Of a stretch of DNA of 64,000 bases, positions 36,951 through 51,600 are shown in pieces (within the stretch, counting starts at the first letter, position 1; every line of letters starts with the position of its first letter). The position numbers and the translations under genes were made by a program. The stretch is from Callorhinchus milii. Its lineage: Eukaryota. The DNA is taken from the NCBI RefSeq assembly GCF_018977255.1, contig NW_024704758.1, positions 2,604,001-2,668,000 of the forward strand. Direction: 5' to 3'. The notes below the pieces were generated by a model that saw only the letters and a program-made list of their open reading frames with translations, searched no databases and was not told the origin of the DNA.

Positions 36951-39900
36951 CATTCTTGTAGCGATGAGATCAACCCTGATCAAAGGGCCTTCTTCATCTG
37001 ATCTGAATGGGAGCTTTCAGCTGATAGTTCAGGCTGATGTCACAATGCAGCGCTGGGGGAAGAACTGCATTGTCAGAGTTACAGTCCTTTGGATGAGATG
37101 TTAACCCTATGTCCTGTTCAGGTGGACACTGAAGATCCCATGGTGCTATTCAAAAAGGGAGGGGAGATTCTCTTGGCCCTCCGGCCAACAATCCACCGAA
37201 GCCGTGGCTGCTTCTGGGACATTGCGGGTGAAATGTCGCCGTACAAAATACGCAGCCACTACACTTCCCAGAAAGTCTCTGAAACACTTTGAGGCATTTC
37301 AACGTGAGATAAGAACTATATCAAATGCAAGAATTATTATCGTTATCATGTCTTGTGAAAACCGTCCAATTATCAGGATTTAGTTCGCAAGCTGAAGGAC
37401 GATTGAGACAATTTGCCAAATGTTTGTTTTTAATCATCTTTCCCTGGACCCAATGTGGTCCTTGGATTGTTACATCAGAGACAACTGTATATGATGGGGT
37501 TTCACATCAGGTGATTTCCGAGGAGGTAGAGATTCCCTCCACTAACTGCAAATAGCTTAGGCTGACCTGTGAGCTATCTGCTCCAGGAGATGGTGCTAGA
37601 GATCAGACAAGCTTCTGCTTTGCTCATTAAGAATCCCACAAAAACGGTATCAAAAGGATGTAGAAAAAAGAGATTTGAAAGATAACGATTTGCGCTTTAC
37701 ACAGTGTCTTTCATATAGAACGTCTCACGCGTGGGGTAGCATCTTGGAGCAACAACAACAACAAATTACATTTGTATAGTGCCTTTCACACCGGGAGAAT
37801 GTCCCAGTCCCAGAGGGGCTACCAAAAGAAATAAATTTTGAAAGCAGAAAGACCCTTGAATGTTCTAATAAAATTACAGAACAGGCAGGTGGGCTGAATG
37901 GCCTCCTCCTGTTCCTAAATTCCGTATTTGCTATGAACTAACTAAACTAAGCTCCAAATGAAATCTCTGAACAATATTATGTATTCTTGTAGCGCTTTAT
38001 CACTTTGAAACGCCTCCGAGGCCTTTCCAGCAATTAATTTAGCCGGAACGGTGTTAGGAGGCGTCAAAATTGGCTTCAACGATCCGAGACTGAAGAGGGC
38101 GAGAGAGGATAGAGAGACAGTGAGCTGCTGATCAATATTGACGGATCTGGAGCGATCACGCTCAATTGGGCGTATTTTTGTTGTACTGGGCTTAATTTTA
38201 ACATGTGATTAATTAATTAATTAATATGTGATTAATTTTTTAAAAATTTAAACCTGCAAAAAAAAACTTTTATTTTCTTTGAGAATACCTCTTCTTGCAC
38301 AATTTCGAAGGCGTTAACCAAAATTGGCCACTCTACAAGCCATAATATTGGGCTACTTTTTTTTGGGGGGGGGGTATGGGGTGGGGTAGGGGTATGGGGT
38401 GGGGTAGGGGTATGGGGTGGGGTAGGGGCTAGTGTTTGATTAACTTTGGGCTACCAAACCTATTTTAATTTCAGGCAAATCGTCTTTGCTGACTTCTCCA
38501 GTGATCCCTGCTGGACTGACCCTGTTGGAGGGACTCAGGCTCAGTTGGGATGTTTGTTTCTAAGTTAGTGACAGACAGACTGTTTGACATTACTGCAGTT
38601 TGCTCATCAGATCAGCTGCTCCCAACAGAGCCAGGATGGTGTTTGTGAATATGACACTCCCCCCCCCCCCCCCCACCCACATCATGTGAATGACAAGTGT
38701 TATTTGTAATAAACGTGCGTCAAGTTACCTGGGGAGCCTTGGGTGTCCTGTATATTGACTCTGAACGCTGGGTGGGGTGGACAAGTTCACTGAACCTTCA
38801 TGAAGCACCAGTTAACCAAGGCAAGGTATTTAAACCCTGTAACCAGATACAATAATGTCTGGGTACAGAGAGAAGTGGTGGGGGGTGTATGGGGGTGGAG
38901 AGATGGGGGAGGAGAGATGGGGGAATGGGGATATAGGGGGGGATGGAGTTGGAGAGAGGGGCGATGGGGTAGAGGAGAGACAGAGGAGATGGGGAGAGAA
39001 AGAAGGGATGGGGAGAGAAAGAGGGGATGGGGAGGGAGAGAGAGAGTGATAGGAACGAGAGATGGGATCTACTTGGTTTTTTCTGGATTTCCAAATCCCC
39101 CCAAAAAAAAAAATTGGCAGCAAACCACTCACAAAATTTGGAAGCCAAAGTGATTCAAAGAGTCAAATTGTAAAGCTGTGGGGGGGGGGGAGAAAAAATA
39201 GAGCAATGAGTCTTTGGGGAATGAAATCGAGAGAGAGAGAGAGAGAGAGGAAAAGAAACAGATGAGTTTAAATTGAGTTTTGTGCACAAAATAGGTGGAA
39301 TACAGGGAGTTGTGTCCGCCTTTCAGGTGTATGTGTGTGAGGTTATTTTGGGCTACTTTTCCTGTGTGCAACGTTGCGAATCTCTAGTGCTCAGAGCGCA
39401 AATAGGTGAGTGGATAAAACCCCACTTGTGCTGCTTGCAATTAACGAACCTTTTTTTTTATATAGTGCATGTGGGTGTGATTCTTGTTTAATTATTTTCT
39501 TTTAGAAAATAAACCAACATTTTTCCCCTTTCTTCTCGATTGCAATATTTCGGATAAAATGCGCTTTTCGTTAAGTGGCGACGTGTCGTGGCCCCTTTTC
39601 CTGCTGTTTAAAAGGCGTTTCATCCCCGAACCTGTCTGTGAACCTCTGTCGAAATGAATGACCCCTTTAAACGGTGCCCAGGGTTTTGCCAGCCCTTGTG
39701 GCATGGAGCCCATACAATACCATGCCAACCCGACCCTCATCACCCAGTCAGGTCCCTGGGATACAGCAACACAGCACTTGGCGTTTTATGCAACAGTAAA
39801 TGACCCACACCCCAGACATTACAGGTCAGGGTGAAACCTTAGGCGAGTTTCCTTACTCCGCGCACGCCTCTGTTTGCCTCGCAGTAAGGAAGAACCCAGT

Positions 39901-42900
39901 TGTTGGGTCGGTTGGCGAATCGTTTTTCGGGCGTAATAATCCCTTTTTTTAAAAAAAAACATTTGGGTCACTCAATCCACCACTATTTGTGGGGGACGCT
40001 GCTCTGCGCAATTGGCTGCCACGTTTTGCCCGCCAGATATACAGTCAATTCACTTGACAGTACATCCTGTGAAGCGCTTTGAGACGTCTCAATGACGTGA
40101 TCAGGCGCTATATCAAAAGCAAGGATGATTAGTGTTATTGTATACCTCCCTTCCCTGCTTATGCCATTCCTTTCAGCTTCTGCCTTGCTCCTCATTTGGA
40201 GTCAAGTTTGCAGGGAATAAGAACATGCGTAAAAGTGTGTTTCATCATCATTCTGCACCCCCCCCCCCCACCACCACCACTTCAGCTCCCACCCTCAGCT
40301 CAGGAGCCCATCCAAGCATATTCTTTAGTCCGCTCATCTCAGGTGAAAGGCACTGCTGGATATATACTGTATTATACTGAATTGTAAATGCTTTGTTCGT
40401 TGAGTTGCTCAACTGATAGTTTGGCAGCTCTAAGTCTGATATTTGCAACCCTCGTCTTTCTCCGCCCTGTATTGAAGCTATTAACCTCAATTATACATTC
40501 TCCTGTTACAACACGTTCGTTTCTGGGGCTTCAAGAACACAAATTTCTTTACCTCCCTCAGTCCTTGCTGCTTCCTGGTATCATAGCATATGCGGAGCCG
40601 GGATCCTGGGATCTGTTACTGTAAAGCGCTCTGAGACACCGTCCGAGGTGGACTGTTGTTGTTGTTGTTGCTCTTGTCATCATTGAACTCGTCCTCACGC
40701 TGTCAATATTAATATATATGCCTAACTAGCCTCTCCGGATAACTCGTCACTGAGCCCTTTTCCCTTGGAGTGACGAGTTATCAGGAGTTTGACTGTGAAG
40801 ATCGCTATATAAATGCACGTTGCTGTTGTTACTAAACAAATGTTTCACCCACAAAATGCACAGTCGCTACACTTTACAGTGTATCCTGTATCCTTTATAA
40901 TAATAATCCTTGCATTTGATATAGAGCTTTTCACGTCTTCCAGACGTCTCAAAGCGCTTCACAGAATATATTGTAAAGTGAATTGACTGTATATTTGTGG
41001 GTGAAACGCGGCAGTCAATTGGGTACATCCGTGTCCCACAAACAGTCGTGTATTGAAGTGATCAATCTTATTATTGTTTTTTTTGAGGGATTATTATCAA
41101 GTGTGTGAAGTAAGGAAACTTGACCAAGGTTTCACCCTGCCGGGAATTGAACCCAGGTCTCTTGCTTGCCAGTGCTCTAACCATTGAGCTACAGAACCCC
41201 CTTACTTTGAGACTTTGAGACATCTCGATGACGTGATAAGACGCTATATCAAATTACAAGGATTATTATTATTACATGTTTGTGATAAGAAGCTGAGGGA
41301 ACTCAGATCACTTTTAATCTCACTAGAATGAACGTCAAGCCCTCAAGTCACTAGGACTATCCCACAATTTAAGGCTTCAGCTTGACTATCAATACAAATT
41401 TACATTTGAACAGTGCCTCTCTCACGTCAGCCTGATGTCCCAAGGCGCTGGACCATTCAAGGTTTGCACCCGAGCTGAGGATGGGGGTTGGGGTTGAGGG
41501 GGGGAATAGATGGACGAAACCACCAAAGAGGAAGGTCCTGAGGTGGATCTTGAAGGAGGTGAGGGAAGGGACTGATTGTGGGACGCTGTTGTGCACAATT
41601 GGCTGCCGCGTTTCGTCCACAATATATGCAGCCACTACACTTTACAGTATGTTCTCGGAAGTGCTTTGACATATCTTGAAGACGAGATGAGGCGTTATAT
41701 CAAATGCAAGGATTATTATTATTATGTTATTGAGGGACGAGTCAAAGGAACTCCAGAAAGAGGGGACAGAAAGGCTGAGGGCCAGACCACCAATGGTCAA
41801 CTTGCATTTATATAGCGCTCTTCATGCTTCCCGGAGCGCTTCACAGTGGCATAGTCTGACAATGAACCGAGAGGAGAGGGAGGTGACCGTAAGCACAATC
41901 AAAAAGGAAGCTCTTTGGCGGGATTTGAAGGTGGGGAGGGAGGAACTGGCCTGCTTACAAGCCAGGTTGGGTGTTGTCTCATCAACATTGCCCATTCTTT
42001 CCATGTTAGCGATCAACAAGTTTCACAGGAATATCAGGACTGCCTGATGACAGAGCAGAGAAGCATTAGTCGATTGGCGGATCGCTTTCCTAAAAGAAAA
42101 TACTACTAATAATACTAATAATAATTTGGCCACTCAATCCATGATTTTTTTGTGGGACAGTGCTGCGTGCAATTGGCTGCCGTGTTTCTCCCACGAAATA
42201 CCGTCAGTCAAGGATTATTATTATTATAAGTGCTGGGGCGTGGTGGGGGGTGGAAAAGAATCCTGCTGAGACACATTAATAAGACGAAAGCGATTGCGTT
42301 TGATGCAGATTCTTATCATGTCCTCAGTTTGAACGAGTTTCAAAGCTGAGGTGTAACGCATGTCTCTGCGCTCTCTCTGTCTCTCTCTCTCTCTCTCTGT
42401 AACAGTGCCATTTGGGCACCCTTAAAGTATCCCTCCAGCTGCTTTTCCCTCCTTGCTTGGCAACGCTGTCATGAAGCACTTTGAGACGTTCATCCTGTGT
42501 TAACACCAGTTATTGTGCTCAGCTGCTGAGGGAACTCACCTTTCCATAATAACAATAGCAGTGGGAGCTCGGGCACTGTCATTTACTCAGGCGTAACGTA
42601 TACAAACAACAACCTCCGGCGAGACCAAAACACATCAAAGAGAGTTACAGGTGATTGCTGGCAAGTGTAACAACAACAACTTGCATATATAGAGCATCCT
42701 TACATGGGGCAGAGTCTCGGAGCAGTGGCGGAGCCTGACACTGAGCTGGGGGAGGGAGGATATGGAAGATCTTCAATCATGATCTGAAAGAGCAGAAGGA
42801 GGGCACAAGACGGAGGGATTGAGGGAGAGCTTTGGGGTGTCGGAGCGGAAGGATGGCCACCTCCAATGGTGGATCGGAGGACACGAGGGATGTGCGGGAA

Positions 42901-42925
42901 GCCAGAACCAGCCGAGCGGAGGCTG

Positions 42926-43717
42926 TGTTAGAATATACACTTTTTGTATACTGCTAGAATCATAATAGATGTTGTGAATGGGTTAACTTTAAGTTAAGTG
43001 TGGGGGACAACTGGACTGACAGTCATGGGAAGTTGCTTAAACTAGAGGACCTTGGTACCATCCCGGGATACTGATAAGAAATAACCAGTCACTTAAAAGG
43101 AATGTACTAATGATCCCACACCACAAAATAATGAGCACCAGATACAGCCCTAAACTGATCAATCCTCTATCTTAGACAATTAAGGACAATGTATGTGTGT
43201 GTAAGGCACGTACACCCCATAAAGTGTTCACGTGAACCCAGCATGATTTCGACCAAGTGATCTAATGTCCGCACCATTATTGGACGAACATCGGTATAAG
43301 AATTCCGATAACTTTGTGTACGGGGCCGTCCCGGGTCGCGGAGACAAGGATAAGAGAGATGGAGCCGTCCCGGGTCGTGGAGACAAGGATACGGGAGATG
43401 GGGCCATCCCGGGCTGCGAAGACAAGGGTACGGAGATGGAAGACTGAGAGGTGGAAACACTAAGACTGAGGATATCAGATGGAAGATTGAAAGCTATAAG
43501 CAAGAAGACTGAAAGCATGAAGAATCAAGCTTGTGTGCTGTAAAGACACAGTGTTGAACTCTTGAACTCGAGATATCTATAGTGGTGTTATTCTGTTATA
43601 AGATCTGTTGATTGTACCGGCCTTTGGTCTGACCCATCGGGATACTGGGGAATAACGAACGAATAATAATAAAACAGTCTGATATCTGGTTAGAGGAATT
43701 AGCGTTATTTCCTTACA
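42926..43717 (+). mobile_element. Probable solo LTR (about 790 bp) with internal 39-bp tandem repeats
   Basis: Termini TGTTAGAA...TTCCTTACA (TG..CA, imperfect inverted ends), TATAAG at about 43295, AATAAA at about 43668, 3 x 39-bp units starting at 43322/43361/43400. It directly follows an L2 fragment. No clear target-site duplication. Confidence 0.6.
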
Positions 43718-45690
43718 GATTTGGCCGATTTTATTTTCTTACAGCCGTGGGCAATGGAGTGAGGAGGGAAGACGTCAGAAAGATAGGACGATGGAAGTGT
43801 ACTTACCTGTTGGGAAATGCAGTGGCCAATTTGCACTACAGAACAATCGCTACACTGACACCTCCCTACTTTTCTGACCTTATCGCACCCCGCTCCACTG
43901 CGCTGGCTCTGGCCTCCTGCGCATCTCCACATCCAGCCAAGAAGTAAACAAACAACAGACCCCATAGGACGACGCAATTTACAAATGAATTGCGCACGGC
44001 AGTGTCCCACAAACAGTCGTGGGCCTGTATCATTGAGACTGAGTGACCAAATTATTTTTATTTATTTTGAATGGATTTTTCATACAGTCTCAATGACATC
44101 ATAATTCCAGGGCACTACCCCACATGAAGGACGCTATATAAAATGCAAGTTGTTGTTGTTGTAGTAAGGTGCTAAATCAAATGCATGGATTATTATCATC
44201 ATCATCATCTAGCTTTGAGACATCTCAACGATGTGATTTTGTGGACAAAACGCAGCACCCAATTGCACACAGCAGTGTCCCACAAACAGTCGTGGATTGA
44301 GTAACCACATTTTTTTTGGATGGGATTATTACCCCAGCAGAGCGATTCGCCAATTGACTAACAACCGGGTTCCAATTTACCCGGCGAACAGCCAATTGAG
44401 GCGAGGGCGCTAACCAATTCATTGCAAGACTCCACAGCAATCCTCGTCTTATACATCCTGGAATTAGACAAACAGAGTGCACCCCTCCAGGGAGAAAGAG
44501 TGCACATTTCATTCCAGAGACGAGGACATTTCTAGGTGGAGATGGCTTACACATGGCTTACAGATGCCAACTCTCAGTCTGGATAACATTAAGCATGGAG
44601 ATGGGATTCGGCACGTGGCAGACACCCACCCGGCTGACTTTTTTTAAATTTAAAAACAGCGACTTTCACGTCAGAAAGACATCTCAAAGCTCTTCACAGG
44701 ATATATTATAAAGTGTAGTGACTGTGTTATGTAGCAAAACGTGGGAGATTGTGCCGCTATGGAAATAGTGGATGCAGGGGCTATATGTGGAGATTGGGCT
44801 TTCTGATAATATGCCAAGCTTGGTGTTCATCTGTGATTAAATTCACACGACTGAAAAGGCAGAGGGGGAGTTTTAAGAATAATTATGATGGCGCGTGATC
44901 TGCTCAAAAAGCAGCTTCCCTCGCCCTGAAGATTCCTGGAAAGTTGGACTTGCTCAAAGACCTACAATAATACATTATATGCGGCAAAGTTTTACCCATT
45001 GATGCTCAGCTCATTTAATAAGTTACTTTAGTTGAGTAATAAATCAAAGCGCCTTTCAAATCAGGAGGATATTTCAAAGCGCTTCACAAGATTTACTATG
45101 GAGCGAGCATTCTGTACATTTCCAGGCGAACTCGGCAGCCAATTTGCGCAGAGCAAGGACTTTGCCAAGACACCGCTGTGTGCAATTGGTCGCTGCGGTT
45201 GCAGGCTCAATGGACCACCACCAATGACAACTTGCATTTATAATAAAAATTAATAAAACTTGCATTTGATACAGCACCTTATCACATCGTTGAGACGTCT
45301 CAAAGCGCTTCACAGATTATATAGTAAAGTGGATTGACTGTGTATTTTGTGGGCGAAACTGGGCAGCCTAGTGGGCATAGCAGTGGTGGATTGACTGACC
45401 AATTTTTTTTTGGAGCAATTATTACCCCTGGAAAACGAGCCATCGATTAACTAACAACCGGGTTCCAAATTACTGCTAGGTAAACACGTGGAGTGAGGAA
45501 ACTTGCCTGATGTTTCACCTCGGCCAGGAATCGAACCCAGGTCCTCTCGCTTGCGAGACAAGGGCACTAACCATCGCGCTACATGATTCCGTGAAGGGCA
45601 TTTATATAGCACCTTCACCGGACGCGGGATAGCATGTTGGAGCCCTTCACTGGAACTCCTGGTTGTAGGCAAGATGGATTAATATTAACA

Positions 45691-48600
45691 ATGTCTATCG
45701 ATGGGTTGCCATGCAGATGCCTTCTTTCCATGAGCGATGTGCACAACTTCATCCAGTCCTGTATGATCGCGGTGGGGACAAAGCCAAACCACGCCAAGGA
45801 CCTGGCAGATGTGCTGGTGGACGGTGACAACAAAGGTCACCTCAGCCACGGACTGAACAGACTAGGTAGGTTGATCGGTGACTAAGAATCCTTTACAGTA
45901 TCTCCCTGTGCTACGATCGCCATTAACGCAAAGCGTTCGATTTGCTTTCTCCGCCTTTTGCAAACCCCTCCTGCTCACTTTCTTCCTCCTCACCTCGTCT
46001 CCTGGCAGTGGAGGGAATGTGGGTGTCTCCAAACCCATACCACAAAGAACGTTGACATTCTCCAGATCATTTTCCCTTCCTTCTCCATCTTCCAGTTGCG
46101 CCTGAAGACCTTCCTCTCCGACCGTGCTTACGGTCTCCTTCCCACCCCCCCCACCCTTCGCCTTACCCTCCACCCCCGCTTTGGTGTTGTGTTCTGCCAC
46201 TGATAAGCACTCCGGGGCACTACCCTGTGTGAGAGGCGCTGTGTTGTTGTTGAGTGCCTGTGCTGGAACAAAGCCAGTCATTCTTAAAAGATATACTCTC
46301 TACAACCTTTTGATTTCGTGCTCACTCCCGCCAACGCTTGCATTTCAGACATGTACGTGAACGATATCAAGTCAGGGATATGTGCCAAAGAGGGAGAGCC
46401 GGTCATCTCAAAGTCAACAGTGGCCACGACCCTGGTGGATGGCAAGAACCTGCTGGGGCCGGTGGTGGGCAACTTCTGCATGAAGCTGGCCATCTCGAAA
46501 GCCAAGGATGTGGGCATAGGCTGGGTGGTTGCCCACGGTGAGTGTCGAGATTTATCCTAAAAAAATGAGTTATATTTGGCCACTTGTTCCCTCCCCCCCC
46601 CCCATCTCCTCGTACCCCAACTCCCTCGAGATCAATTGACCACCCACCCTCTCCCCACTCTGCCCACTCGTACTGCCAGACTGATCAACAACCGCTAGAT
46701 GGTCTCCCTAATGTTCCCAGCTCTCACTGCCCACAACTCGGCTCAAAAACTGAACGTACGTTCTGGTTGCAGGCTCCAACCATTTCGGGGTGGCCAGCTA
46801 TTACTCTATGCAGGCTCTGAACCACAAATTCATCGTAAGTACAACAGCTTAGCACCCATCCACCCGCAACTCTATTCCGTGCGTTGACGCGTCTTTCTTG
46901 CCGCTCGGAGACTCATTCCTTTGTTTCGTCTATTGCTCTCGAAAGGGGATGAGTTACACAAACACCTCTCCGTTGGTCGTGGCAACCAGGGCAAAAGAGG
47001 TAACACGTTCTGTCTTATAATGCAACAGAAAAGTCTCTCTTCGTCGAGTTTTGGTTCGTCCGCTCCCGTACCAGCTCCGTGAACCCCCCACCCCAACCTT
47101 GCCCGGCTTCACTGGCTCCCCATCCCTCAGAGGTTCAGGGTTAAAAATCCTCGTCCTCACTTTTAAAGCCCTCCACTGCTGCGCTCCTCCCTACCTCTGC
47201 GACCAGGTTCATATGTAAACACCACATCAACCTGTCCACTCCCCCCGCTCAGCGGGCACTGACCTGCTTCATGGTCCCTTACCTTCCCTGCTCCACCGTG
47301 GTGGTCAGACCTTCAGCTTTTCTGTCCCCAGCCTCTGGAACTCCATTCAGGAATGAATCGCTCTGCCTTGCCCCCTCCTTTGCCTCCTTCAAGGCCCCTC
47401 TCAAGACCTTCCTCTTTGATTGCCCTTTCAGCCACCCTCCGCTCCTCTCAATTCCAACCCCAACTCCTAACTGTCCAGCGCCTTCGGAAGTCCTCCCGAC
47501 ATGAAAGGCGCTGCTGTTGTTGTAATTTTGTTGTTGCTGTTGTGCATTGCCACATTTACCCGCTGTCTGTTGCTCACGGCAAGTGTACTCTCGGGACCAA
47601 TCCTATCAGTGTTGCTGCCCCGGCCAAGGACAAGAACAACTTTGTTCTGGATATGGCAACATCAGCCGTTGCTTTGGGAAAGGTGAGTGAAGAGGGAAAG
47701 ACAAACATGGTGGGGGAAGGAAAGAGAGAGGGACGTTGCTTAAATTTAACTGAAATAAATCAAACACCAGGTCAAACTGCTCGCGTCAGAAATTAGTCAA
47801 TAACAGGTCAATAATACTAATAATAATATTAACAATAATCCTTGCATTTGATATTGCATTTGATATAGCGCCTTATCACGTCTTCTAGACCTCTCGATGG
47901 CAAGACAGGAGCTCGCGCTGTTTTTCTTTTTCTTTGTCAGTGACATATAAAATAATATTGTTTACCCACCTTGGCAACAATACAAGAACATTTTGCAAAA
48001 CTCAGGCCACGCCTGTCACAGATACAGTTGCCGTATAATTATAAAATGTGCCGTGAGCTGTGCGGTTGTTTGTTTGTTATCATGTCACGCAGTTCACAGG
48101 TTTATAGGCTCCAACTCTAGTCTGCACCGAGCTTACCGTATATTCTGCGAAGCGCTTTAAGGCATGTCAACGCCCAAAAAGGCGCTGGATCAAATGCAAG
48201 GATTATTATTATTATTAATTGTTCTGATGCCCCTTTGCCGCTAGGTGGAGCTCCAGCACAGACGAGGGGAAAAGATGCCCTTGGGCTGGGGGAGCAATGC
48301 TGAAGGGAAAGCAAGCAATGATCCCGCCGAGATCCTGAATGGTGGGGGGCTCCTACCCATCGGGGGGCTGGAGACTACAGGTAAGAAGCGACTTCTACAA
48401 GCAGGTCTTAGCTACGACGCACAAAAAATTAAACAGGCTCTTCGCTGGTCTTTTTGGTCTAATCTTTTTTCTCTCATGCCAATTTTCTCCTTTCCTCTCT
48501 TGAAGGAGTTTATGACTCCCCCATCCTCCCCCACCCATCCACTTGGACACTATCCCAAATCAATCACATTCCCAGTTTGGGACGCTAAGAATCAACATGG

Positions 48601-51600
48601 AGCAGTCCCAGGTGCAGAATAGTCCCGTAAGTCAAGTCCTTGGAGCACTCGCCTGGCAAGCGAGAGGACGCGGGTTCGATTCCCGGGCAGGGTGAAACGT
48701 TAGGCAAGTTTCCTTACTCCACACGCCTCAGTTTACCCAGCAGTAAGTAGGAACCCAGTTGTTAGCCGATTGGCAGATCACGTTTCTGGGGGTAATAATT
48801 CCTTCAAAAAAAAGTCGCTCAATCCACGACTGTTTGGCTGCTGCGTTTCGCCAATATACAGTCGGTTCACTTTACAGTCTATTCTGTGAAGTGCTTTGAG
48901 ACGTCGAGAAGATGTGAAAAGCACTATATCCAATGCAAGGATTATTATTATTATTATTATTATAAATCAGTATACTATTATTATAGATATTATAGGTCTT
49001 GAGATCAGCCATGTTCTTATTAAAGGGTGGGGCAGGCTCAAGGGGCCAAATGGCCTACTCCTGCTCCTATTTATTATGTTCTTATGTAACTAGGTTGAAG
49101 CTGTCTAAATCCATCAATCATAGCAGGAGAGTTAGACTAGATCGCTAACCCTCCCTTCCCTCCCCTCACCCATGACCATTTCCCCCCTGCTCGGGTCATG
49201 ACCCAACTGTGCAGCGCCTTGGGACGTCCTCCTGACGTGAAAGGCGCTTTATAAATGGAATCTTGTTGTTGTTGTTGTTACCAAAATAATCAGTTACTGA
49301 AGGGCAAAGGCCAAGGTGTTGGTGTATAAGCTTCTTCTATACTTTGCCATGACACAACCTTGCGTGAGGGGCGCTATATAATCGCAAATTGTTGTTGTTG
49401 CCATCCACTGAATCCACGCTCTTCCTGTTTTGCTACAAGTGTATGTTTGTGTTCATTCTGTGCCTTTGCCCTTGCACGTGAGATTGTAAGGACAGCCACC
49501 TTGTGGTGAAAACCTTCCAACTCAATTTGTTCTGATCAAGTGAAGATCGCAAGAGCGATTGGGATGAACGAGGAAGGCCCTTCGGTCCATCCGATCTGGG
49601 AATCCTTCCAGAATTTCCATTCATCTGCAAAATTAGGATTTGTTTTGTAACCTCTCCTAAACCACAAGCGAAAGACCTGGGTTCGATTCCTGGCGGGGCG
49701 AAACCTTGGGTAAGTTTCCTTACGCCACATGCTTTATAAAAATCCCTCAAGAAAAACTAAAATAATAATGTGGTCGCTTCAATCCACAACTGTTTGTGGG
49801 ACGCTGCTGTGTGCAATTGGCTGCTGCGTTTCGCCCACAAATATACAGTCAATTCACTTTACAGTATATTCTGTGAAGTGCTTTATCACGTTGTTGATGT
49901 CTCAATGACCTGATAAGGCGCTATATCAAATGCAAGGAATATTATTAATCCTAAAACCATGCCGTGCATAATACCCGGAACCAGATTTCAGGGCCCTGGA
50001 CGATGGGACCAGAATTCAGCTCGAGAGAGTCCACAATGAAGTCCGTTTGCTGCTCCTCCCAGAAAATGAACTGTTAAAACAACAAATTGCATTCATATAG
50101 CGCCCATCAAGCAGGGTTGTATCCCAGAGCTCTTGACTGTAGGGGAACATGACTCTGAGCTGGGGGAGGAAGGAGCAAGGCAGGGGGTGGTGGTGGGGGG
50201 AGGGGGGGGGGAAATAGAGGAAGAGTTTTCCAGGATTTCGGGGTGTAGTGGCTGAAAGCGCGGCCACCGTTGGTGGAACGGAAGGCACGAGGAATCGAGA
50301 AAAAAAATAATTGAGAATAAAAACGAGATCGGGGTGAAACTCATTTACCAGTTGACTTTCACCCTCCAAAAAGGGTATTTAACTGTGCACCATCAGACAA
50401 GAACTACAGTAAAACTCGCACAAGTCTGATCTGTGTAAATCATATAATCTCCTAAGTCATACATCTGGCCAGGTTCATGTTCAAGAGTTTATATTCTCTG
50501 CAGGTTTGACATAACTCATTACTTTGCACAAGTTATATCAAATGTATTATATAGCACCCCTCACGCAGGGTGGCATCTTTGGAACACGCTTCCTCTATCC
50601 CCTCCCCGCCTTGCCCTTCCTTCCGCATATTCAGGTTGTGCCTGAAGACCTTAACCTCCCCCCTCCCCCAACTCAGAGTCAACCTTAAATGGCCTTTACT
50701 GGGTGCACTTGTAAGTGACCAGTTACTTCCCATTTGCATTGGTTTTGCAGGTGGTTATAAAGGCTATGGGCTGGCAATGATGGTCGAGGTCTTTTGTGGC
50801 ATCCTGTCGGGATCACATTACAGCAAACACATCCGAGCTTGGAAGTCCCAGACCGGTCAAATTGCGGACCTGGTAAGTGGCTCCTGTGACGGGCATCAGA
50901 ACCGAGTACAAACGAGTACAGCATTGTAGTTCTTTGCATTTGGGTGAATTTCTGGAGTCCTGTAGCTTGGTGGTTCGAGTACTTGCCTCGCAAGCGAGAG
51001 GACCTGGGTTCGATTCCCGGCAGGGCGAAATGGTAAGGGCAAGTTTCCTTATTCAACACGCTTCTGTTCGCCTAGCAGTAAGTAGGAACCTGATTGTTAG
51101 TTGATTGGCGGGTCGTTTTTCCAGAGATAATAATCCCTTCAAAAAAAAATGTGGTCACTCAATCCATGACTGTTTGTGGGACACTGCTGTGCACAATTGG
51201 CTGCCGCGTTTTGCCCACGAAATACAGTCAATTCACTTTACAGTATATTCTGTGATGCGCTTTGTGACCTCTCGAAGATGCTATAAGGCGCCATATAAAA
51301 TGCAAGGATTATTATTATTTGTATGGAAGCATAAAGGGCAGATTCCCCCCCCGCCCATTACTAGCACCACTTTATCAAATCTTTCATAAATTTGAACACC
51401 TTTATCAAGTCCCCCTCTCAGTCATCTCCTCCCCAGAGAGAAAAACTCTAACCTGTCCAGTCTCTGAGATTTGTACCCACTTGTCCTTGGTAACAGCCGT
51501 TGTTCCACATGAAGGGAGAACATTTTATTACATATGACAGTTGAAGGGGAATCCATAATAGCATTTAAATCGAAATGGGATAAATACTTGTAAAGTAACA

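Noticed and set aside
42562-42650. Open phase-2 exon candidate (..RNVYKQQPPARPKHIKESYR) that could precede Ldh_2 exon 45717
   Set aside because: No start codon, weak splice signals and no homology support.
43322-43439. Regularly spaced repeats resembling a CRISPR array
   Set aside because: Tandem 39-bp units without unique spacers in a vertebrate LTR-like element.
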